The notes below the pieces were generated by a model. That model worked only from the letters and a program-made list of their open reading frames with translations. It had not been told where the DNA came from and did not search any database. A stretch of DNA of 15,409 nt from an uncultured bacterium (GTDB lineage: Bacteria; Lernaellota; Lernaellaia; Lernaellales; Lernaellaceae): the NCBI GenBank assembly GCA_964534375.1, contig CAZHPN010000150.1:1-15409 (forward strand), written 5' to 3'. Position 1 is the first letter of the stretch, and every line of letters starts with the position of its first letter. Positions 8,254 to 14,549 of this stretch are shown one piece after another. Made by a program: the position numbers and the translations under genes.

Positions 8254-9777
8254 ATGATACGCTCGCAATTGCACCTTTACGCCCTGTTGATGACGACTTT
8301 CCTCGCGTGCGCCGTCGCCTGCGGCAGCGCCGGCGGAGGCGCCGGTTCCGTCGTCCACCGCGGGGACGATGACGATAACGACGACCAATCGCCCGCCGCC
8401 GATGATGACTTTTCGCCCGACGACGATTTATCGCCGGATGATGATTCTTCGCCCGATGATGATTCTTCGCCCGACGACGATGCTTCGCCGGACGACGATG
8501 CTTCGCCGGATGACGATGCTTCGCCGGATGACGATTCTGCGCCCGATGACGACGGTTCGCCGGACGACGACGACAATGACGACACGGCGCCGCCGTTGGG
8601 CGCCTGCTGCAACGGCGCCTCGTGCGCCGTGATGCCGTATCAAGATTGCGCGGGCGCCTGGATGGGCGCGAGCACGATTTGCGTGCCCAATCCGTGCGCG
8701 GATGACGACGACGACAATAACGACGACGACAACGACGATAACGACGATAACGACGATAACGATAACGACGACAACGACAACGACGACGATAACGACGACA
8801 ACGACAACGACGACGATAACGACGACAACGACAACGACGACGATAACGATACCGCACTGTCCTGGTCGGCGATGACGAGCGGCACGACGCTGGATTTGTA
8901 TAATGTTTGGGGCAGCTCGCCCACGGACGTGTTCGCGGTCGGAGGGTATACGGGGATCACCGGGTCCGGGAATGTGGTTTTGCACTACGACGGCGCCTCG
9001 TGGTCGCCGATGTCCAACAACTATCTGACGATTTTGCAGGGCGTTTGGGGAACCTCCGCTTCCGATGTGTATGCCGTGGGGGGCAATGCCTGGGACGTCG
9101 GCACGCTGATTTTGCACTACGACGGCGCTTCGTGGTCGGCGATGACGAGCGGCTCCACGGCCTGGATGAGCGCGGTCTGGGGATCGTCGTCCGCGGATAT
9201 CTACGCGGTGGGAGACGGAATCCTGCATTACGACGGTTCGTCGTGGTCGACGGTCACCAGCGGGACGCCATGGCCCGGATTCAACGGCATCTGGGGAAGC
9301 TCCGCGTCGCAAGTTTTTGCCGCGGCCGAAACAATCGCCGTATACGGCTCCCTGCTCTACTGGGATGGCTTTACGTGGTCAACTATCTTGAATACGGGTC
9401 CCGGCGGAATGGAGGGATTGTGGGGCAGCGCTTTCGCGGACGTTTTCGCCGTTGGCTATGGCGAAGACGCCAATAGCAAGCAGACCGGGTTGATTCTGCA
9501 CTTCGACGGTTCCTCGTGGTCGACGACGGCAACCGAGACGAATGTGTTCCTCAACGGCGTTTGGGGCGCCTCGCCCTCCGACGTATTTGCCGTCGGCGGC
9601 AGTTACGAAGCCAATCAAGGGGCGCAAACTCTGCACTACGATGGAGCCTCCTGGTCGGCGATGACGAATGTCGTGACGGAAGGCGTCGCGCTGCGCGGCG
9701 TATGGGGAAGTTCCCATTCGGATGTGTTCGCCGTCGGCGACGACGGTTGGATTCTGCATTACGGGCCCAAGCCATGA
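8254..9777 (+). CDS. Predicted lipoprotein, paralog 1: Asp-rich stalk, six-Cys module, D/N stalk, 7-repeat beta-propeller
   Basis: Signal peptide ending AVA-C23-GSAGG; xSPDDD repeats; PPLGACC..PNPC; 50 D/N residues; seven xWGxSxxDVFAVG...LHYDGxSW repeats. Confidence 0.9.
   Translation: MIRSQLHLYALLMTTFLACAVACGSAGGGAGSVVHRGDDDDNDDQSPAADDDFSPDDDLSPDDDSSPDDDSSPDDDASPDDDASPDDDASPDDDSAPDDDGSPDDDDNDDTAPPLGACCNGASCAVMPYQDCAGAWMGASTICVPNPCADDDDDNNDDDNDDNDDNDDNDNDDNDNDDDNDDNDNDDDNDDNDNDDDNDTALSWSAMTSGTTLDLYNVWGSSPTDVFAVGGYTGITGSGNVVLHYDGASWSPMSNNYLTILQGVWGTSASDVYAVGGNAWDVGTLILHYDGASWSAMTSGSTAWMSAVWGSSSADIYAVGDGILHYDGSSWSTVTSGTPWPGFNGIWGSSASQVFAAAETIAVYGSLLYWDGFTWSTILNTGPGGMEGLWGSAFADVFAVGYGEDANSKQTGLILHFDGSSWSTTATETNVFLNGVWGASPSDVFAVGGSYEANQGAQTLHYDGASWSAMTNVVTEGVALRGVWGSSHSDVFAVGDDGWILHYGPKP
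8410..8571 (+). repeat. 18-nt coding tandem repeat, nine xSPDDD-type units
   Basis: FSPDDD LSPDDD SSPDDD SSPDDD ASPDDD ASPDDD ASPDDD SAPDDD GSPDDD. Confidence 0.9.
8701..8850 (+). repeat. (RAY)n Asp/Asn-only tract of 50 codons containing three perfect 27-nt repeats
   Basis: gataacgacgacaacgacaacgacgac at 8761, 8788 and 8815. Confidence 0.9.
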
Positions 9778-9827
9778 GCGGGCGCCCCGCGCGAACGGAC
9801 CGGCCCTTTTGAACCGGAGGTGAGGCC

Positions 9828-11246
9828 GTGAGATTTCCCCGTCGGTTTCTCGTGCTCTTCTTGACCACCGCGCTGGCGCTCGGTCTGATCGCCTGCGGCA
9901 GCGCGGGCGGCAGCACCCGGGACGTCCGTCACTTGGCCGACGATGACGCATCGCCGGGCGGCGACGACGATAACGACGACAACGACGATTTGTCGCCGGA
10001 CGACGACGACGACAATGACGACAATGACAACGATGATGACGATGACGACAACGACAACGACGATGACGCCACGCCGCCGCTGGGCGCCTGCTGTCAGGGC
10101 GCCGCTTGCTCCCTGACGCCGTATCAGGATTGTTCCGGCTCATGGATGGGCGGGAACACCGCGTGCGCGCCCAACCCGTGCGCGGATGACGACGACGACG
10201 ACAACGACGACGATGACGACAATGACGACAACGATGATGACGACAACGACGACGATGACGACAATGACGACGACGACAATGATGACGATGACGATGACGA
10301 TCTGACGCTGGACTGGTCGGCGATGACCAGCGGGACGACGGCGACGTTGACCGGCGTCTGGGGAAACTCCGCCTCGGAGGTGTTCGCCGTCGGTTGGGAC
10401 ACCGACATGTTCGGGAACTCGATCGCCGTAACGCTGCGCTACGACGGCTCCGCGTGGTCGCCGATGACGAACGGCGTCGCCGCGAAGCTGCTCGGCGTCT
10501 GGGGAACCTCCGCGGTCAACGTGGTTGCCGTCGGCCAGATCAATTCGGAAGGTCTGATTTTGCACTACGACGGTTCGGCCTGGTCGCCGACTTATTTCAG
10601 TTCGACCGGGGCCGTGTTTGGCGCGTGGGGCAGCTCTGAAACGGACATTTTCGCGGCAGCGGGCTCGGGCGTGATTTTTCACTTCGATGGCTCCTCGTGG
10701 TCGGCGATGCCCACGGGCGCGACGCAAGGGACGGACTTCCACGCTGTCTGGGGGGCATCCGGCTCGGACGTGTTCGCCGTGGGCCAGAATTATTTCTCGT
10801 ACGCGGCCGTGATCATGCATTACGACGGCGCCGCGTGGTCGCCCATGACCTCGGGGGCCACCGCCGAGTTGGCCGCTGTTTGGGGAAGTTCAGCCTCGGA
10901 CGTGTGGGCGTCGGGAATCGGTATGGCATTGCCGTACGCGGCCGTGCTTTTGCACTACGACGGTTCGTCGTGGTCGCCGACGGCCTCCAATTCGGCGGCG
11001 CCGCTGCTGGACGGCGTCTGGGGGGCCTCTGCCTCGCAGGTGTTTGCCGTTGCCAGCGGCGACGTCTTTAACCAGAGCGGCGGCATCGTGTTCTACAACG
11101 GCGACCTCTGGTGGCCGATATTGAGCCTGACGGCGAAAGGGTTGACCGCCGTGTGGGGCAGTTCGGCGTTCGACGTCTTCGCCGTCGGCGCCGAGGGCAC
11201 AATCTTGAACTACACTTTCCATAGCGGAATCGCGACCGAAGAGTGA
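9828..11246 (+). CDS. Predicted lipoprotein, paralog 2, same architecture
   Basis: GTG start with GGAGGTGA RBS; LIA-C23-GSAGG; six-Cys module at 10074-10181; 39 D/N codons at 10185-10301; seven WG repeats. Confidence 0.9.
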   Translation: MRFPRRFLVLFLTTALALGLIACGSAGGSTRDVRHLADDDASPGGDDDNDDNDDLSPDDDDDNDDNDNDDDDDDNDNDDDATPPLGACCQGAACSLTPYQDCSGSWMGGNTACAPNPCADDDDDDNDDDDDNDDNDDDDNDDDDDNDDDDNDDDDDDDLTLDWSAMTSGTTATLTGVWGNSASEVFAVGWDTDMFGNSIAVTLRYDGSAWSPMTNGVAAKLLGVWGTSAVNVVAVGQINSEGLILHYDGSAWSPTYFSSTGAVFGAWGSSETDIFAAAGSGVIFHFDGSSWSAMPTGATQGTDFHAVWGASGSDVFAVGQNYFSYAAVIMHYDGAAWSPMTSGATAELAAVWGSSASDVWASGIGMALPYAAVLLHYDGSSWSPTASNSAAPLLDGVWGASASQVFAVASGDVFNQSGGIVFYNGDLWWPILSLTAKGLTAVWGSSAFDVFAVGAEGTILNYTFHSGIATEE

Positions 11247-11262
11247 GCGCGGAGGAAGCCAA

Positions 11263-12651
11263 ATGAAAGGCGCCAGATTGTTCTTGTCGTCATTATTGAC
11301 GATCGCCTTGCTTGCCGGGGCGGCCGCTTGCGGAAGTGCCGGAGGCGCCACACATAACGACCGCCATCTGGCGGACGACGACGCATCGCCGGCGGCCGAT
11401 GACGACAACGACGACCAGACGCCCGACGACGATGTCTCGCCGGATGACGATTCCTCGCCCGGCGACGACGACCACTCCCCCGACGATGACGATTCCTCGC
11501 CGGACGACGACGTCTCGCCCGACGACGACGATGATGACGACAATGATGACAATGACGACAACGATACGACGCCGCCGTTGGGCGCGTGCTGCCTGGGAAA
11601 CTCTTGCGCCGTGAAACCCTACCAGGATTGTGCGGGCGCGTGGCTGGGCGCGGACACGATCTGTGTTCCGAATCCGTGCGCGGATGACGACGACAATGAC
11701 GACGACGACAACGACGACAACGATGACAACGACGACGATGACGACAACGACGACAACGACGACAATTCGCCGTTCTGGTCGCCGATGACCGTCGGGACAA
11801 ATGCGGAATTATTCGGCATTTGGGGAAGCTCTTCGTCGGACGTGTTCGCCGTGGGTGGATTGGACCCGAACGGCGCCGGCACGATTTTGCACTACGACGG
11901 AACGACCTGGTCGTCGATGACAAGCGGCACGACCGGCGTGTTGAACGGCGTTTGGGGAAGCTCGGCCACGGATGTGTTCGCGGTCGGCACGATCCACTAT
12001 TACAGCGAATACATCGTGGTGATCCTGCAATACGACGGCGCCTCCTGGGCCGGGATGACCAGCGGATCCGCAACGGCGTTGAGCGGCGTTTGGGGAAGCT
12101 CTTCGTCCGACGTGTTCGCGGTCGGCGCCGGCGACGGCGCCAGCGGGGGCGTGCTTTTTCACTATGATGGCCATTCGTGGGCGACGACGGAAGGCATAGC
12201 GCATCTGCCCTTGTACGCTGTTTGGGGCAGTTCTCCCTCCAATGTGTTCGCCGCCGGAATGGGGGGAACGATGGTGCGCTACGATGGCTCTACGTGGACG
12301 CAAATGTGGAATCAGGGCGAGATGACCCAAACAACGGGCGGCCTCTGGGGAAGCTCCGCCGCGGATGTTTTCGCCGTAGGCGGCGAGATTTGGCTGTACA
12401 ACGGCGCCTACTGGTCGGAGATGATTTTCGGCATCGTCGCCGACCTGTACGGCGTGTGGGGAAGCTCGGCCTCGGATGTCTTCGCCGTGGGAGGGGTTTG
12501 GAATACGAATGACAGTTTGATTTTGCACTGTGACGGGTCCTCTTGGTCGCAGATGACGACCGGCGCGATCGATCAGCTCAACGGCGTATGGGGAAGCTCT
12601 CCCACCGACGTGTTTGCCGTGGGTTGGGGAATCTTCCATTACGGAAACTGA
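11263..12651 (+). CDS. Predicted lipoprotein, paralog 3, same architecture
   Basis: GGAGG RBS; AAA-C23-GSAGG; six-Cys module at 11572-11679; 28 D/N codons at 11683-11766; seven WG repeats. Confidence 0.9.
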   Translation: MKGARLFLSSLLTIALLAGAAACGSAGGATHNDRHLADDDASPAADDDNDDQTPDDDVSPDDDSSPGDDDHSPDDDDSSPDDDVSPDDDDDDDNDDNDDNDTTPPLGACCLGNSCAVKPYQDCAGAWLGADTICVPNPCADDDDNDDDDNDDNDDNDDDDDNDDNDDNSPFWSPMTVGTNAELFGIWGSSSSDVFAVGGLDPNGAGTILHYDGTTWSSMTSGTTGVLNGVWGSSATDVFAVGTIHYYSEYIVVILQYDGASWAGMTSGSATALSGVWGSSSSDVFAVGAGDGASGGVLFHYDGHSWATTEGIAHLPLYAVWGSSPSNVFAAGMGGTMVRYDGSTWTQMWNQGEMTQTTGGLWGSSAADVFAVGGEIWLYNGAYWSEMIFGIVADLYGVWGSSASDVFAVGGVWNTNDSLILHCDGSSWSQMTTGAIDQLNGVWGSSPTDVFAVGWGIFHYGN

Positions 12652-12656
12652 AACCG

Positions 12657-12835
12657 AAAAACGTCGTTGGCCTGGGGTGATTGAGCGAGACCCGGAAGCC
12701 GCCGGGCTTGTCGGCGAGGCGGTGGGATTGCCGGGCTGCGACGAGTTGCCGGACAAACTGCGAAAATCCGCCGTTCCTGCTGCGGAATCCGACGAAATCC
12801 GCCCCGGCATCGTCCTCGCCTTCGACAGAGACGGC
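12657..12835 (+). pseudogene. Collapsed relic: hicB 5' part, hicA 3' end and DUF2283-like internal fragment
   Basis: 12676-12738 matches 13681-13743 (55/63 nt); 12739-12773 matches the hicA end and its downstream flank near 14085-14119; 12773-12835 encodes VPAAESDEIRPGIVLAFDRDG versus APVEESDEVRPGFILDFDKHG in the gene at 13360. Confidence 0.82.
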
Positions 12836-12887
12836 CCTGATGTGTTAAGTTCTGCAATAACTCGCGAAACCACATGCCGGAGAAAAA

Positions 12888-13313
12888 ATGGAGCATTTTC
12901 GCAAGCTGGAACGACTGTACGCCGCCGCGCCGATCAATGTCTGGTTTCGACCGACGTTGCGCGTGGCGAACGGCGAAGCCGAGATTCGCATCGAACTGCG
13001 GCCGGAATTTCATCACGCCGCCGGAGCGACTCACGGAACCCTGTATTTCAAGGCGTTGGATGACGCCACGTTCTTCGCGGCAAATTCGCTCGTGGAAGAC
13101 GTTTTTCTGCTCACCGTTCATTTCGAGCTCGAACTGCTGCGACCGGTCGTCGCCGGCGAGGTGCGGGCCGTGGCGCACGTGACGGAGCGCGACGAGCGGC
13201 GAATCGTTGCGGCCGGAGAATTGTTCGATAGCGAGGGACATCTCATCGGGCGCGGAAACGGGCGATTCGCGCGCAGCAAGATCGCGCTCACGCCGGCCGT
13301 GCACTATCTCTGA
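12888..13313 (+). CDS. PaaI-family hotdog-fold thioesterase
   Basis: 141 aa; FHHAAGATHGTLYFKALDDATFFAA (HGG..D-type motif), LLTVHFELELLRPV, GRGNGRF; GGAG RBS. Confidence 0.87.
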   Translation: MEHFRKLERLYAAAPINVWFRPTLRVANGEAEIRIELRPEFHHAAGATHGTLYFKALDDATFFAANSLVEDVFLLTVHFELELLRPVVAGEVRAVAHVTERDERRIVAAGELFDSEGHLIGRGNGRFARSKIALTPAVHYL

Positions 13314-13359
13314 AAAGGCCCGCCCGAGGACGTAAGTTCGCTAGATGGGGGAGGCCGCA

Positions 13360-13557
13360 ATGAAGGCCACGTACGATCCGGCGGTGGACGTGCTTCGCAT
13401 CGTCTTTCGCCGGGCGCCTGTCGAAGAAAGCGACGAAGTTCGACCCGGCTTCATTCTCGACTTCGACAAACACGGCAACGTCGTCGGCCTGGAAATTCTC
13501 GACGCCGCGAAGCGGATCGAGAACCCGCGTTCCGTGGAGTACGCCGCTACGGCCTGA
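13360..13557 (+). CDS. DUF2283-like small protein (putative antitoxin)
   Basis: MKATYDPAVDVLRIVF...ESDEVRPGFILDFDKHGNVVGLEILDA matches the YD..D.L.I / D.D..G.VVG.EIL.A pattern; GGGGAGG RBS. Confidence 0.85.
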   Translation: MKATYDPAVDVLRIVFRRAPVEESDEVRPGFILDFDKHGNVVGLEILDAAKRIENPRSVEYAATA

Positions 13558-13614
13558 GAAAACTTGGATTTGAACCACAGAGGCCGCGCGCGGCCGTTGG
13601 CCGCAACCAAGCTC

Positions 13615-13644
13615 TTGCGCGGCGCGGCGCGCCGTCTGTATATT
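13615..13644 (+). promoter_or_regulatory. Possible sigma-70-type promoter of hicBA
   Basis: TTGCGC-18 nt-TATATT just upstream of the GGGAGG RBS and the ATG at 13661. Confidence 0.4.
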
Positions 13645-13660
13645 GTCCGTGGGAGGCGCC

Positions 13661-13879
13661 ATGAAGCGAATCTGGACTGTGGTGATTGAGCGAGACCCGG
13701 AGACCGCTTGGCTCGTCGGCGAGGTGGTGGAGTTGCCGGGCTGTTATTCGCAAGCCCCCGATCTTCCCACGTTGGAAACCAATATCCGCGACGCGATCCG
13801 CGCGTACCTCGACACGACCGAGCTTGACGACCCGCTTCCGGACTTCGTCGGCACATGGCGCGTCGAGGTGACGACGTGA
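13661..13879 (+). CDS. hicB: HicB-family antitoxin (short form, 72 aa)
   Basis: WTVVIERDPETAWLVGEVVELPGCYSQAPDLPTLETNIRDAIRAYL is the HicB N-terminal pattern (LPGC.SQ...E..NI.DAI); GGGAGG RBS; stop overlaps the hicA start (GTGA). Confidence 0.9.
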   Translation: MKRIWTVVIERDPETAWLVGEVVELPGCYSQAPDLPTLETNIRDAIRAYLDTTELDDPLPDFVGTWRVEVTT

Positions 13880-14109
13880 CGCGCCTGCGGCTGGTTCCGT
13901 TCCGGCAACTTCGCAAAGTCGTCGAGTCGAGCGGCTACGTGTGGGTTCGCTCCGTCGGCAGCCACAATGTTTTCCGAAACCCCGAGGGAAAAACCGTCGC
14001 TGTTCCCGACCACGGCTCGATGGTTATTGTTCGGCCGTTGCTGCGCAAGATCCTTCGCGACCTCAACATGAGCGTCGAGACGTACGACGAGTTGCTGGAC
14101 AAAATCTGA
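13876..14109 (+). CDS. hicA: HicA-family mRNA interferase toxin
   Basis: GTG start coupled to the hicB stop; GYVWVRSVGSHNVFRNPEGKTVAVPDHG...LLRKILRD carries the GSH and VPxH motifs. Confidence 0.9.
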   Translation: MTRLRLVPFRQLRKVVESSGYVWVRSVGSHNVFRNPEGKTVAVPDHGSMVIVRPLLRKILRDLNMSVETYDELLDKI

Positions 14110-14206
14110 GAATCCGCCGCGGTGGTTCGCGCCCGCCGCCGTTCCGTGCCGGCCCTTCATTCCGGACGCTCGGCCGGACGATGGGGAACGCGGCGACCGC
14201 GGATAA

Positions 14207-14323
14207 CACCCGGGCATCATTCTCGACATCGACAAAGACGGCAACGTCGTGGGATTGGAAATTCTCGACGCGTCGATGCGGATCGAGAACCCGCGTTCCG
14301 TGGAACACAACGTCATCGCTTGA
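14207..14323 (+). pseudogene. 5'-truncated DUF2283-like relic
   Basis: PGIILDIDKDGNVVGLEILDASMRIENPRSVEHNVIA* aligns without gaps to 13444-13557; in-frame TAA at 14204-14206 and no N-terminal half. Confidence 0.85.
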
Positions 14324-14387
14324 AGGCGCCGCCGGGATTCGCGCCTGGAACAGCCTGCCCGCGCGAAGGCGGGGGCGCCGAATCATC

Positions 14388-14549
14388 TGTAGGAGCACCC
14401 TTCCGGGTGCGATTTCCTCGATCGCGCCCGGAAAGGCGCTCTTACAGGAATAAGACATCGCGCCTGGAAAGGCGCTCTTACAGGGATAAGCGATCGCGCC
14501 TGGACCCGACCTCGCCGAGGCTTCGTCGGGTCAGGAAAGGCGCTTTTAC
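14388..14549. repeat. GTAG-type REP/BIME-like cluster: one forward and three reverse copies with 36-nt period
   Basis: tGTAGgagcacccttccgggtgcgat at 14388-14413; atcgcgccYggaaaggcgctcttaca at 14421-14446 and 14457-14482; interrupted copy at 14493-14549. Confidence 0.85.

Noticed and set aside
9778..9812. Terminator between lipoprotein paralogs 1 and 2
   Set aside because: Only a 5-bp stem (gcggg/cccgc) not adjacent to the short T run; too weak to call.
8192..12073. Minus-strand poly-Val/Ile, poly-Ser and Arg/Cys-rich ORFs
   Set aside because: Direct consequence of reading the (GAY/AAY)n Asp/Asn tracts on the opposite strand.
8857..12648. Diversity-generating retroelement as the source of loop variability
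   Set aside because: No reverse transcriptase and no template/variable repeat pair differing only at adenines in the window; variation includes length changes in many loops.
12614..13063. 149-aa ORF as a functional gene
   Set aside because: TTG start lies inside the lipoprotein gene, it overlaps the thioesterase out of frame, and it is composed of TA relic fragments; reported as a pseudogene mosaic.
12650..14330. Integron cassette array (short genes plus TA modules)
   Set aside because: One GTTRRRY (GTTAAGT at 12844) but no matching RYYYAAC or attC-like folds after the gene stops, and no integrase.
14421..14549. CRISPR-like direct repeats
   Set aside because: Linkers are only 10 nt and similar to each other, an inverted copy is present and there are no cas genes; fits REP/BIME.
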